From an uncultured delta proteobacterium (GTDB lineage Bacteria; Desulfobacterota; Desulfuromonadia; Desulfuromonadales; BM103): 64,000 nt of DNA. The stretch lies in contig CAVRQQ010000003.1 in NCBI GenBank assembly GCA_963723355.1, forward strand, positions 6,992-70,991. The letters run 5' to 3'. The first letter of the stretch is position 1, and every line of letters begins with the position of its first letter. Below the pieces are notes generated by a model. It had not been told where the DNA came from and searched no databases. It saw nothing but the letters and a program-made list of their open reading frames with translations. Positions 34,703 to 45,408 of this stretch are shown here, in pieces. Made by a program: the position numbers and the translations under genes.

Positions 34703-35143
34703 TTGATACCGAAGCAATTACGTATTCACGCTGTTCTGATTGTTGCCGCGCTGTTTATGATTCTGATCCCGCTCTACAACCAGAGCCCGGACAGTGAGAA
34801 GGTTGAACAGGCCAAACCGGCTGCTGTTGAGTTCCTGGGATTAATCGATGGCGCGAAATATGCCGAGAGCTGGGAGTCCTCGGCGGGCCTGATGCGGGAC
34901 AAGGTCACGAGAAATGACTGGATAGACAAGCTCAACAAGGCACGTAATCTCTCCGGGGATCTGGTCCAGCGGGTCCAGAAAAGTGCGAGTTATGCAACCG
35001 AGGCGAAAGACAGTCCTGAGGGTGAATATATCATGTTGATCTATGAGTCCGATTTTCAGCGGGCTGAGGATGTGTCGGAGTATGTGACGGTGATGCTCGA
35101 AGGGGATGAATGGAAGGTTGCGGGTTATTTCATGCAGCAGTAG
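34703..35143 (+). CDS. DUF4019 domain-containing protein
   Basis: TTG start after a GGAGG RBS. N-terminal TM helix. The family-like pattern ends in EGDEWKVAGYF. Confidence 0.65.
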   Translation: MIPKQLRIHAVLIVAALFMILIPLYNQSPDSEKVEQAKPAAVEFLGLIDGAKYAESWESSAGLMRDKVTRNDWIDKLNKARNLSGDLVQRVQKSASYATEAKDSPEGEYIMLIYESDFQRAEDVSEYVTVMLEGDEWKVAGYFMQQ

Positions 35144-35175
35144 AGGTTGGTTGAAATTTCACTTTAGATGTTTAG

Positions 35176-35210
35176 AAGGGCAACAGAGGGTTAATCTGTT
35201 GCCCTTTTTT
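35176..35210 (+). terminator. hairpin plus T-run after the DUF4019 gene (also the outer end of repeat copy A)
   Basis: AAGGGCAACAG-N9-CTGTTGCCCTT followed by TTTT. Confidence 0.6.
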
Positions 35211-35672
35211 GTTGTGCTATGGATTTAAGATAAAATCAAAATCCGGGGGTTGCGCCCCCCGACTGCGCCTTACTCTTTTGCTGGCCCAAAAGAGTAAGCA
35301 GAAAAGGGCCTGCGCTGCGCTGGGCACTTCTTACACGTCAGGGCGGTAACTTCAATTCAGTGAGTTCTACCGATTAAGAGTCTACGTTTCCCCCGCAGGA
35401 TCCGAGGCTCTTGAGAGCCTCTTCTTTTGTGGAGGGTTGCGTCTACTGCGGCAGTCTTTTTTTTACGCTTTTCCCTTGTAAGTCACAGAGAAAGGTCAGG
35501 CCCTTTGACACAGGGCCGGATTCCCATCAGGTAGGGTTCTTGACGTCATGGAAATCCGGCAAAGGAGATGCCCTCCGCAAGGAGAAGGCATTTTTGCATA
35601 CTTTTGTTGCCGGACAAAAGTATGGCGTCTGGCGGGACGCAACCCGCCGGTTTTGTTGTTAAGAAAATAGAA

Positions 35673-35702
35673 AAGGGCAACAGATTTAAACCTGTTGCCC
35701 TT
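35673..35702 (-). terminator. hairpin downstream of purA (also the outer end of repeat copy A)
   Basis: On the minus strand, AAGGGCAACAG-N8-CTGTTGCCCTT followed by TTCTATTTTC. Confidence 0.5.
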
Positions 35703-35729
35703 TGACAATAGCCATATTTTTGCAAACAA

Positions 35730-37028
<1,299 letters not shown>

Positions 37029-38306
37029 CTAAATCCGGAATTGTCCGGATTCGATCGCTGCGCTTGTCACGCAGGTATTTTCACCGTCCGCAGTGCGGAT
37101 CAGGATCATTTCTTCTCCTGCCGGGTCAATCACCAGCAGGTAACGGTAATGCATGCGCCGGGCGTAGTCGAGACTGGCCGCCTGGTCACGCTCGATAATG
37201 TCACGGGCCACCGAGTAACCCTGCTTGCGCAGAACCGCGGCCAGGTGCTGGGCCGGGGCCTTGTCCTGTCCTGATGAGAAGAGCAGGATATCGGTGCCCT
37301 CTTCGGCGCGCTCGTCGAGAACCCTGTCGAGGGCGAAGAGCAGGTTGTACAGGTTAAAGGCAAAGCCGGTTGCCGGAGCAGCGAACCCGTACCGCTCGGT
37401 CAGCCCGTCGTAACGGCCGCCGGCACAGACCGCCCTGCCGAAACCGGACAGGAAGCCCTGGAATATCAGCCCGCTATGGTAATCGAAACCGCGCATTTCA
37501 CCAAGGTCTAAAGTGATGTGTTCTTCGATACCGTAAACCGTAAGCACCTCCAGGATTCTTTCGAGGTTGTCCAGAGCCTTCTGTGATGCGGGATTGGTGA
37601 TCACCTGCCGGGCCTGGTCAAGGGTCTCGCGGCCACCGTAGAGCCTGGGCAGGGCAAGCAGCTCGACGCGCTGCCGGTCGGTCAGCGGCAGGTCCTTGAG
37701 CTTCTGCTGCAGGCCGGAGATGTCCTTGGCGGCGATCGCAGTTCTCACGTCACGGGATTGTGCAGCATCGAGCGGCAGGTCGTCGAGGACTCCGCGCAGA
37801 AATTCAACCTGGCCGATATCGATGGTGAACCCGGTCGCGCCGACGGCCTGCAGGCACATGACCGCCATGGCGATCATTTCTGCGTCGGCTTCGGGCCCGT
37901 TCAGGCCGATCAGTTCGACCCCGGATTGATAAATCTGCCGGTCCTTGCCGAGTTGCTGTTCGGTATGGCGCAGTACGCGCCCATTGTAGCAGAGACGGAA
38001 AGGCAGCGGCATGTCACGCATGCGGGTTGCGGCAATCCTCGCTACCTGAGGAGTGATGTCGGGGGGGAAGGCGACCAGACGACCGGTCTGGCGGTCGTCG
38101 AAACGAAAGGTCTTTTCGCGCAGATCGGTGCCCAGTCCGAGCTCGAGGACCGAAAGGTCCTCCAGGATGGCCGGAGCAACCGGGCGAAAACCCCAGGAAC
38201 GGTAGATGCTGCGCAGGGTGTTTTGCAGGTAGTCAAGCTTGGCTGCTTTAACCGGCAGAAAATCTTTCACACCGGTTGGCAGGCGCGTTTCCATGATGTT
38301 TGACAC
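37029..38306 (-). CDS. hisZ: ATP phosphoribosyltransferase regulatory subunit HisZ
   Basis: 425-aa HisRS-like paralog without an anticodon-binding domain, adjacent to purA. Confidence 0.8.
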   Translation of the reverse strand: MSNIMETRLPTGVKDFLPVKAAKLDYLQNTLRSIYRSWGFRPVAPAILEDLSVLELGLGTDLREKTFRFDDRQTGRLVAFPPDITPQVARIAATRMRDMPLPFRLCYNGRVLRHTEQQLGKDRQIYQSGVELIGLNGPEADAEMIAMAVMCLQAVGATGFTIDIGQVEFLRGVLDDLPLDAAQSRDVRTAIAAKDISGLQQKLKDLPLTDRQRVELLALPRLYGGRETLDQARQVITNPASQKALDNLERILEVLTVYGIEEHITLDLGEMRGFDYHSGLIFQGFLSGFGRAVCAGGRYDGLTERYGFAAPATGFAFNLYNLLFALDRVLDERAEEGTDILLFSSGQDKAPAQHLAAVLRKQGYSVARDIIERDQAASLDYARRMHYRYLLVIDPAGEEMILIRTADGENTCVTSAAIESGQFRI

Positions 38307-38318
38307 GATCGAGTCTTT

Positions 38319-39902
38319 CTATAATACGATCTGGTTTGCCGCCACGATGTGCGGGTGGGCGCGCAATTTTTCCAGAGTTTTGTCTGGAATGCAACTGTCA
38401 ACATTGATCAGGGAAACGGCTTGCCCGTCGATTGATTGTCGCGTCAGGTTCATGCCGGCAATGTTGATTTCCGCTTCACCAAGCACCTGTCCGATGAAGC
38501 CGATAATGCCGGGGCGGTCCTCGTTGAACAACACCAGGAGATGGCCGCTGGGGATCGCTTCGACGTTGCAGCCGTTGACGCGCACGATGCGGTAATCTCC
38601 TTCGCCGAACATCGCACCGCACACGGAGTGTTCTCCGTCCGCGCCGACAACGGTCAGGCGGATCATGCTGGAGAATCCCCGGGTTGACTGGCTGCGGGTT
38701 TCGGTGACCCGGATGCGGCGTTCCCTGGCCAGGTGAGGGGCGTTGATATAGTTGGCTTCGGAGCCGATCATCGGCGTCAGAATGCCTTTTAACGCCGCCA
38801 TGGTCAAGGGTTCGGTCGGGTTGTTGGTGACGGTTCCGGCATACTCCAGGCGGACCTCTTCGAGACCCTTGCCGTACAGCTGGGCCTGGAATGAACCCAG
38901 CCGTTCGGCCAGGTCCAGATGCGGTCGCAGAGTGGCCAGAAGGTCGGCGCTGATCGACGGGACGTTCACCGCGTTGACGATGATCCCTCTCAGCAGAAAC
39001 TCAACGACCTGGGAGGCGATCTGCACCGTTACGTTTACCTGGGCATCACGGGTGGCGGTGCGCAGGTGAGGGGTGCAGATAACCTGGTCGAGGCTTAGCA
39101 GCGGATTGTCCTTGGCCGGAGGCTCTTTGTCAAAGACATCGATTGCCGCCCCTGCAATGTGCCCGTCACGAATCGCTTCAGCCAGGGCGTTCTCGTCGAT
39201 CAAGCCTCCCGTTGCGCAGTTGATAATGTGGCATCCCGGCTTGGTCCTGGCGAGGGTTTCCCGATCCAGGATGTTGGCAGTTTCCGCGTTGCGTGGCGTG
39301 TGCAGGGTCAGGAAGTCGGAACGGCTCAGCAACTCTTCAAAGTCAACCTGTTCTGCTCCCAGCAGGCGGACCGTATCTTCTGTCAGGTAGGGGTCGTAAA
39401 CAATCGCCTTCATTTTCAGTGCAATGGCCCGTTCAACGACCAGTCGGCCGATTTTGCCAGCACCCAGGACTCCGAGGGTCTTGCCGGCCACTTCGATGCC
39501 GAGAAATTTCTCTGCCTCCCAGTGGCCGTTTTTGGTTGATTGGCTGGCGCTGGGAATCTGCCTGGCCAGGGAGAAAATCATCGCTATGGTATGTTCAGCG
39601 GTTGTGGTTGTGCTGCCGAAGGGGGTATGCATAATGACCACACCCTTGCGGTTTGCTGCATCCAGATCGAGGTTGCTGGTGCCGACACCGGCGCGACCGA
39701 CGACCTTGAGGCGCGTGGCCGCCTGGAACACCTGTTCAGTGACCAGGGTGCCGCTGCGGACGATCAGTGCATCTGCATCGGTTACCGCCTGCAGCAACTG
39801 CTCGGTAGACAGTCCCGGCTGATAATCCAGCTCGATACCTTCTGCCTGTTCCAGTATCTGGAGTCCCTCGGTGGGAAATTTGTCAGAAACAAGTACCTTC
39901 AT
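38319..39902 (-). CDS. serA: D-3-phosphoglycerate dehydrogenase
   Basis: Long-form SerA with an ACT domain. Start set at MKVLVSDKF (39902), because the track start at 40025 would run up to the pepA stop. Confidence 0.9.
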   Translation of the reverse strand: MKVLVSDKFPTEGLQILEQAEGIELDYQPGLSTEQLLQAVTDADALIVRSGTLVTEQVFQAATRLKVVGRAGVGTSNLDLDAANRKGVVIMHTPFGSTTTTAEHTIAMIFSLARQIPSASQSTKNGHWEAEKFLGIEVAGKTLGVLGAGKIGRLVVERAIALKMKAIVYDPYLTEDTVRLLGAEQVDFEELLSRSDFLTLHTPRNAETANILDRETLARTKPGCHIINCATGGLIDENALAEAIRDGHIAGAAIDVFDKEPPAKDNPLLSLDQVICTPHLRTATRDAQVNVTVQIASQVVEFLLRGIIVNAVNVPSISADLLATLRPHLDLAERLGSFQAQLYGKGLEEVRLEYAGTVTNNPTEPLTMAALKGILTPMIGSEANYINAPHLARERRIRVTETRSQSTRGFSSMIRLTVVGADGEHSVCGAMFGEGDYRIVRVNGCNVEAIPSGHLLVLFNEDRPGIIGFIGQVLGEAEINIAGMNLTRQSIDGQAVSLINVDSCIPDKTLEKLRAHPHIVAANQIVL

Positions 39903-39973
39903 GATGGGGCCCGTCACAGAATAGAAAATGTGCCACCAGTATTTATTTATACCCGAACTCAATAACCTAGCAA

Positions 39974-40005
39974 CCGGCCTTTCACCTGTCAAGACGAAAG
40001 GCCGG
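39974..40005 (-). terminator. stem-loop downstream of pepA
   Basis: 10-bp stem CCGGCCTTTC/GAAAGGCCGG. The downstream tail is only weakly U-rich. Confidence 0.4.
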
Positions 40006-40028
40006 CACATACGGCCGTTGAACAACGG

Positions 40029-41534
40029 TTATTCTGCGGCAGGCAGATTGTGCAAAAATTCAATCAGCAGCCGGACGCCTACGCCGGTCCCACCTTTCGG
40101 TATGTAAGGCTGATCCTGGTCGCGCCAGGCCGTCCCGGCGATGTCCAGATGGGCCCAGCGGAAATCATTGGCAAACTTCTTCAGAAAGGCTGCTGCGGTG
40201 ATCGTGCCGGCCGGCCGGCCACCGGTGTTCTTGACGTCGGCAACGCTGCTCTTGATCAGCTGGTCATACTCATCCCAAAGCGGCAGTTGCCAGAGGCGTT
40301 CACCGCTTTTCTCTCCGGCGTCCAACAGCGACTGGACAAGGCCCTGGTCGTTGCCGAGGACGGCCGTGGCCTGGTGTCCCAGGGCAATGATGCAGGCTCC
40401 GGTCAGGGTTGCCAGGTCGATAACCAGCTTTGGCTGGTAACGTTTCGCATAAGTCAGGGCGTCGGCGAGGATCAGGCGGCCTTCGGCATCGGTGTTGAGG
40501 ACTTCGATCGTCTGGCCGGAGAGGCTGGTCAATATGTCGCCGGGCCGATAGGCTGTTCCTGACGGCATGTTCTCGGCCGCAGGGATGATGCCGACCAGAT
40601 TGACCGGCAACTCGAGCAGTGAGGCTGCCAGCATGGTGCCAATGACCGCTGCGCCACCACCCATATCCATCTTCATCTCGTCCATCTTGTCGGCCGATTT
40701 CAACGATATGCCGCCGGAGTCAAAAGTGACGCCCTTGCCGACCAGGGCGACCGGCGCCTCATCTTTTCTGCCGCCATGATGTTCCAGGATAATCAGCCGG
40801 GGCTCTCGTACGCTGCCCTGGGCTACGCCGAGCAGGGCGCCGCAGCCTTCCTTGGCCAATTCTTTCTGGCCGAGGATCTTGCACTTCAGTCTGCTTTCGT
40901 TCGCTGCAGCACGGGCCTGTTCAGCGAGGAAGGCAGGTGACTTTATATTCCCTGGCGCATTGACGAGATCACGTGTCAAGACCACGGCCCGGCAGAGTTT
41001 TTGTGCCTTTTCGACGGCAACCTCGCAGCCTTTCTTGTTTTGTTGCGCTTCAATCGCCAGAGTTACGGATTTTGGCAGTTTGCGTGAGCCCCTGGCTTTT
41101 TCGTCGAGGAACAGGTCATAACGGTAGCTGGCCAGGAGAAGCCCTTCCGCTGCAGCCTGAATTTGTGCGGTATAATCGCTTTCGCCGGCATCGAGCGGTA
41201 AGGCAAAGGCCATCTGGCCGAACTTTTTCTCTGCAATCAGCTGTATCGCCTGGCCGGCGGCGCGGCGGATCTTCTCGGCGGTGGTCTGTTCTGCAGGGCC
41301 GAGGCCGACGAGAAGGACGCGTTCTGCCGGAAGGTGCCCGGCGGGCTGGAAAAGAATCTGCTCGTCCGCTTTGGCGGAAAATTCACCATTGCGCTGCGCC
41401 TTGCGAAGCAGACCGCCGAGCTTCTGATCAAGTTCTTTAAACAGAGGGTTTGAAAAATCCTTCTCGCAGGCACAGATGACCATGCAGGAAGTCTTTATTT
41501 GCAGCGGGGATGCTTTGCGGATTTTGATGTCCAT
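40029..41534 (-). CDS. pepA: leucyl aminopeptidase
   Basis: 501 aa with the M17 signature NTDAEGRLILAD. Confidence 0.95.
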   Translation of the reverse strand: MDIKIRKASPLQIKTSCMVICACEKDFSNPLFKELDQKLGGLLRKAQRNGEFSAKADEQILFQPAGHLPAERVLLVGLGPAEQTTAEKIRRAAGQAIQLIAEKKFGQMAFALPLDAGESDYTAQIQAAAEGLLLASYRYDLFLDEKARGSRKLPKSVTLAIEAQQNKKGCEVAVEKAQKLCRAVVLTRDLVNAPGNIKSPAFLAEQARAAANESRLKCKILGQKELAKEGCGALLGVAQGSVREPRLIILEHHGGRKDEAPVALVGKGVTFDSGGISLKSADKMDEMKMDMGGGAAVIGTMLAASLLELPVNLVGIIPAAENMPSGTAYRPGDILTSLSGQTIEVLNTDAEGRLILADALTYAKRYQPKLVIDLATLTGACIIALGHQATAVLGNDQGLVQSLLDAGEKSGERLWQLPLWDEYDQLIKSSVADVKNTGGRPAGTITAAAFLKKFANDFRWAHLDIAGTAWRDQDQPYIPKGGTGVGVRLLIEFLHNLPAAE

Positions 41535-41711
41535 CGATCGGTTCTCCTTGGGTTGACGAGGTGCTCAGCCGGTTATGCTACATTATTAATAATAGGACTG
41601 TTTGTGTGTTTTGGCCAGAGGTGAGGTCTTCCAGGGAGTACCGCTTGCGTAAATCAAGTTTAGCGAACTCCTTGCGGTTGAAATGCTGGTGCCTGACCGG
41701 ATTCGGCTTGC

Positions 41712-42249
41712 AAGGGCAACAGGCTAACCACCTGTTGCCCTTGTCCTTATTAAAACAAAACCGGCGGGTCGCGTCCCGCCAGACGCCTTACTTTTTTCCA
41801 GGCGGCGACAAAAAGTAAGCAAAAAGCGCCTTTCTCCTTGCGGAGGGCATCTCCTTTGCCAGGTTTCTGTGACGTCAAGAACTTGCTGTGATGGGGACCG
41901 GCCCTGTGTCCGAAGGGCCTGACGTTTCTGTGTGAGCCTCTCCTTTTGGGAAAAGCTGCAACGAACAAGACAACTTTTGCAAGCTCTTCCACAACAGGAG
42001 GGACTCACAAGAGCCCCGGCTCCTGCGGGGGAAGTGTAGACTCCTGGTCAATTAGAACAATCCGAATTGATGTCGCTGAAATCGGCAAAGGACATGCCCT
42101 CCGCAAGGAGCAGGCATTTTTGCATACTTTTTTGCCAGCAAAAAGTATGGCGCGTCGGGCGGGCGCGACCCCCGGGTTCTGGCTTTTTTTAGTCTTTGAA
42201 GTCCAAAACACAAGCAACAAGGGCAACAGATTAACGATCTGTTGCCCTT
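41712..42249 (-). repeat. ~530-bp structured intergenic repeat element, copy B (inverted relative to copy A)
   Basis: Outer hairpins at 41712-41742 and 42219-42249. The arms and core align with copy A when reverse-complemented. Confidence 0.8.
42219..42249 (-). terminator. hairpin downstream of hemL (also the outer end of repeat copy B)
   Basis: On the minus strand, AAGGGCAACAG-N9-CTGTTGCCCTT followed by a G/T-rich tail. Confidence 0.45.
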
Positions 42250-42280
42250 GTTGTTCACTGTAAATAATTTGATACTTATC

Positions 42281-43564
42281 TTAAAGCGCCCTGAACGCCT
42301 TGCGAGCCGCCTCAATTGTCCGGTCGAGATCGTCCTGCGAGTGGGCGATGCTCATAAAGCCCGCTTCATACTGTGAAGGCGCCAGGTTGATCCCCTCTTC
42401 GAGCATGCTGCGGAAGAATTTGGCGAAGACCTGTGGGGTCTCCGGTTTGACGTCGCTGAAACAGAATACCTCTTCCGGCTGGAAGTAGGTGCAGAACATG
42501 CCGCCGACCCGTTGCAGGGAAGTCGGGATCTTTGCTTCAGCCGCGGCTTCCTGCAGCCCCTTGCAGAGGTAAGCGCTTTTTTCTTCAATCGCCTCGTAGA
42601 AGCCATCTTCCTGGAGTAACTCCAGGGTGGCAATGCCGGCACTCATGGCCAGCGGGTTGCCGGAGAGGGTTCCGGCCTGGTAGACACCGCCCTCGGGTGA
42701 GAGGGACTCCATGATCTCCCGTTTGCCGCCGAAAGCGCCGACCGGCAGGCCGCCGCCGATGATCTTGCCGAGGCAGACCAGGTCTCCGCGGACGCCAAAC
42801 CGCTCCTGGGCGCCGCCGTAGGCGACCCGGAAGCCGGTCATGACTTCGTCGATAATCAGGATGATTCCTTCGGCGTCACAGAGCTGGCGCAACCCCTCAA
42901 GGAAGCCAGGTCTGGGCGCGACACAGCCCATGTTGCCGGCAATCGGCTCAAGGATGATGCAGGCGACTTCGCCCTGGTTGGCCGCAACCATCTCCCTGAC
43001 TTCTTCCAGGTTGTTGTAGGTGGCGGTGAGGGTATGCTTGGCAAAATCAGCCGGTACGCCGGGGGAGGTCGGCACGCCAAAAGTTGCCAGGCCGCTGCCG
43101 GCCTTGACCAGAAGCGAGTCGGCGTGACCATGGTAGCAGCCGTCAAACTTGATGATTTTGTCGCGCCCGGTATAGCCGCGTGCCAGGCGAATGGCGCTCA
43201 TGGTCGCTTCGGTGCCTGAGGAGACCATGCGGACCTTTTCAATATTCGGGTAGGCCGCGCAGACCATCTCGGCCAGTTGGGTTTCACGAGCGGTCGGGGC
43301 GCCGAAGGAGGCTCCGGTTGCTGCCGTCTGCTGAATAGCTTCAACGACCTTGGGGTGACAATGGCCGAGGATCATCGGGCCCCAGGAGCCGACGTAATCG
43401 ATATAGCTGTTGCCGTCCGCGTCGAAGATCTTCGATCCTGCGGCGCGAGCGATGAAGATCGGGTCGCAACCGACGGATTTGAATGCACGGACCGGGCTGT
43501 TGACGCCACCCGGAATAACCTGTTTGGCTTTGATAAAAAGTTCGGCAGACTGCTGGTGATTCAT
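42281..43564 (-). CDS. hemL: glutamate-1-semialdehyde 2,1-aminomutase
   Basis: Start at [10 protein letters not shown] (AAGGAG RBS). Carries the motif [10 protein letters not shown]. Confidence 0.95.
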   Translation of the reverse strand: MNHQQSAELFIKAKQVIPGGVNSPVRAFKSVGCDPIFIARAAGSKIFDADGNSYIDYVGSWGPMILGHCHPKVVEAIQQTAATGASFGAPTARETQLAEMVCAAYPNIEKVRMVSSGTEATMSAIRLARGYTGRDKIIKFDGCYHGHADSLLVKAGSGLATFGVPTSPGVPADFAKHTLTATYNNLEEVREMVAANQGEVACIILEPIAGNMGCVAPRPGFLEGLRQLCDAEGIILIIDEVMTGFRVAYGGAQERFGVRGDLVCLGKIIGGGLPVGAFGGKREIMESLSPEGGVYQAGTLSGNPLAMSAGIATLELLQEDGFYEAIEEKSAYLCKGLQEAAAEAKIPTSLQRVGGMFCTYFQPEEVFCFSDVKPETPQVFAKFFRSMLEEGINLAPSQYEAGFMSIAHSQDDLDRTIEAARKAFRAL

Positions 43565-43889
43565 AGTGTCTCCTTGGAGTGGTTTCCGGCTGCGCATCGC
43601 ATCTTGTGCTTGAGTCGTTGCGGCCTGATGAAAATTTGTATGAATTTGCTGTCCGTCTGTTAACATAGCGGCACGAGCCTGTCAAGAAGCTGTATGGCCG
43701 GCAAACAGCTCCGCGATAGGGGCATTTATTTGTGTTTTATTTTAGCCGCGCTAAAAATTTTAGTGTATTTTTACTCCGCCTTTTATAAATTAAGTCTTGA
43801 TAGCGATGAGGTTTTCATCTCCCCAGTGCGGCGAGCTGGGCGCTGGTATCTTTTTGAAGTAAAGCTAAAAAATTTTCATTCTATAGCGT

Positions 43890-43918
43890 TTGACTTTGGT
43901 CGGCATCTGATTTATAAC
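43890..43918 (+). promoter_or_regulatory. sigma70-like promoter of the rnf operon (TTGACT-17-TATAAC)
   Basis: Hexamers at 43890-43895 and 43913-43918, about 33 nt upstream of the rnfA ATG, within an AT-rich region. Confidence 0.5.
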
Positions 43919-43950
43919 CACTGGTCTGACCAATTTACAAGGTGGGGTGC

Positions 43951-44532
43951 ATGGCTGATCTGCTTGTCATTCTGGTAAGCGCCATTTTTGTCAATAACTT
44001 TGTCCTGGCGCGTTTCCTTGGGATATGCCCGTTTCTCGGGGTCTCCAAGAAAGTTGAAACGGCTCTCGGCATGGGGATGGCGGTGACTTTCGTCATGACC
44101 GTGGCTACGGTTGTGACCTGGTTTGTCCAATACTTCATCCTGATTCCTTTCGGCATAGAGTATCTGCAGACGATCGCTTTTATCCTGATCATCGCCTCAC
44201 TGGTACAGCTTGTGGAAATGGTGATACAAAAGGTCAGCCCGGTGCTCTACCAGTCGCTCGGGATATTTCTGCCGCTGATTACGACCAACTGTGCGGTCCT
44301 CGGCCTCGCTGTCCTCAATATCCAGAAGGATTATACGTTTTTAGAAGGGATCGTATTCGCCATCGGTGCGGCCCTCGGTTTTACCCTGGCACTGGTCCTG
44401 TTTGCCGGTTTGCGCGAACGCCTTGAACTCTGTGCTGTGCCCAAAAGCTTTCGCGGGACAGCCATTGCCCTGGTGACCGCCGGGCTGCTGTCACTGGCTT
44501 TTATGGGTTTTGCCGGGCTGGTTAAGGGTTGA
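43951..44532 (+). CDS. rnfA: Rnf complex subunit A
   Basis: Collinear with E. coli RsxA as I recall it ([25 protein letters not shown]). Confidence 0.95.
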   Translation: MADLLVILVSAIFVNNFVLARFLGICPFLGVSKKVETALGMGMAVTFVMTVATVVTWFVQYFILIPFGIEYLQTIAFILIIASLVQLVEMVIQKVSPVLYQSLGIFLPLITTNCAVLGLAVLNIQKDYTFLEGIVFAIGAALGFTLALVLFAGLRERLELCAVPKSFRGTAIALVTAGLLSLAFMGFAGLVKG

Positions 44533-44536
44533 TGAG

Positions 44537-45379
44537 ATGCTTGCAGCGATATTGAGTCTCGGATGCATCGGTATGGTCGCCGCCATTGCGCTCGGCATTG
44601 CAGCAAAGAAATTCGCTGTTGAGGTCGATCCGCGCGAGCTGGCTGCAATGGAAGTTTTGCCCGGGATCAACTGCGGCGCCTGTGGGTTTCCCGGCTGTGC
44701 TGGATATGCCAAAGCCCTGGTCACTGGAAAAGCTGAGCCCAACCTGTGTCCCCCGGGAGGCGCGGAGCTGGTGACAAAACTGGCCCGAATTCTGGGTGTT
44801 GAAGCAATAGTTATGGCCCGGCAAACAGCGGTTGTCCTGTGTCAGGGCGATAACAGAAAAGCACAACTCAAGTTTCGTTACCTGGGGTTGGAAGACTGTA
44901 ATGCGGCGCAACGCATCGCCGGTGGGCCAAAGGCCTGCCCAGGAGGGTGTATCGGCCTTGCCTCGTGTCAACGGGCCTGTCCCTTCGATGCTATTGAAAT
45001 AACAGCTGATGGTTTGGCGGTGATCAGCCGGGAAAAATGCACCGGCTGCCGAAAGTGTGTTGCTGTCTGTCCGCGTGATGTGATTCGCATGACCCCTTAC
45101 GAATCGAGTGTTCACGTGATGTGCAACAGCCATGACAAGGGCGCTGCGGTGCGCAAGTATTGCCAGGTCGGCTGTATCGGTTGTCACATCTGCCACAAGA
45201 CGGTCCCGGAAGCATACAAGGTAGAAGACTTTCTGGCGACCGTTGTTTATGAACAGGATGCGCAAGCGTTTGAGGCGATTGCCAAGTGTCCGACCAAGTG
45301 TATTCGTGATTTTAACGAGGGTTACCCGGAGGGCAGCACCTTTTTGCCCATCAATAATGAAAAGTCGGATGCGGCCTGA
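44537..45379 (+). CDS. rnfB: Rnf complex subunit B
   Basis: N-terminal TM helix, a CGACGFPGC motif and several 4Fe-4S ferredoxin motifs. Confidence 0.93.
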   Translation: MLAAILSLGCIGMVAAIALGIAAKKFAVEVDPRELAAMEVLPGINCGACGFPGCAGYAKALVTGKAEPNLCPPGGAELVTKLARILGVEAIVMARQTAVVLCQGDNRKAQLKFRYLGLEDCNAAQRIAGGPKACPGGCIGLASCQRACPFDAIEITADGLAVISREKCTGCRKCVAVCPRDVIRMTPYESSVHVMCNSHDKGAAVRKYCQVGCIGCHICHKTVPEAYKVEDFLATVVYEQDAQAFEAIAKCPTKCIRDFNEGYPEGSTFLPINNEKSDAA

Positions 45380-45408
45380 TAGGGCTGCTGATTAGGTAAC
45401 GGTTGGTA

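Larger units (their letters stand above)
35176..35702 (+). repeat. ~530-bp structured intergenic repeat element, copy A
   Basis: Outer hairpins of the same sequence sit at both ends. Inside are two inverted ~100-nt arms, each made of local hairpins, and a ~220-nt core. The element is homologous over its whole length to the reverse complement of 41712-42249. Confidence 0.8.

Noticed and set aside
35176-35206. Treating the AAGGGCAACAG...CTGTTGCCCTT hairpins as four independent ordinary terminators.
   Set aside because: All four share the same stem sequence and always flank the same ~500-bp homologous block. They are better explained as termini of one repeat family, although they probably also act as terminators.
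35411-35662. ORFs inside the repeat elements: 35411..35662, 35496..35729, 41750..41992, 41946..42263, 42052..42315.
   Set aside because: Peptide similarity between the copies (for example GKGDALRKEK) only reflects nucleotide homology. Indels break the frames between copies, both strands give ORFs because the arms are palindromic, and no ORF has a properly spaced RBS.
39903-39945. Sigma-54 promoter upstream of serA (TGGCAC on the minus strand).
   Set aside because: The -24 element TGGCAC is followed at the -12 position by CTATT instead of TTGC. A single partial match is not enough.
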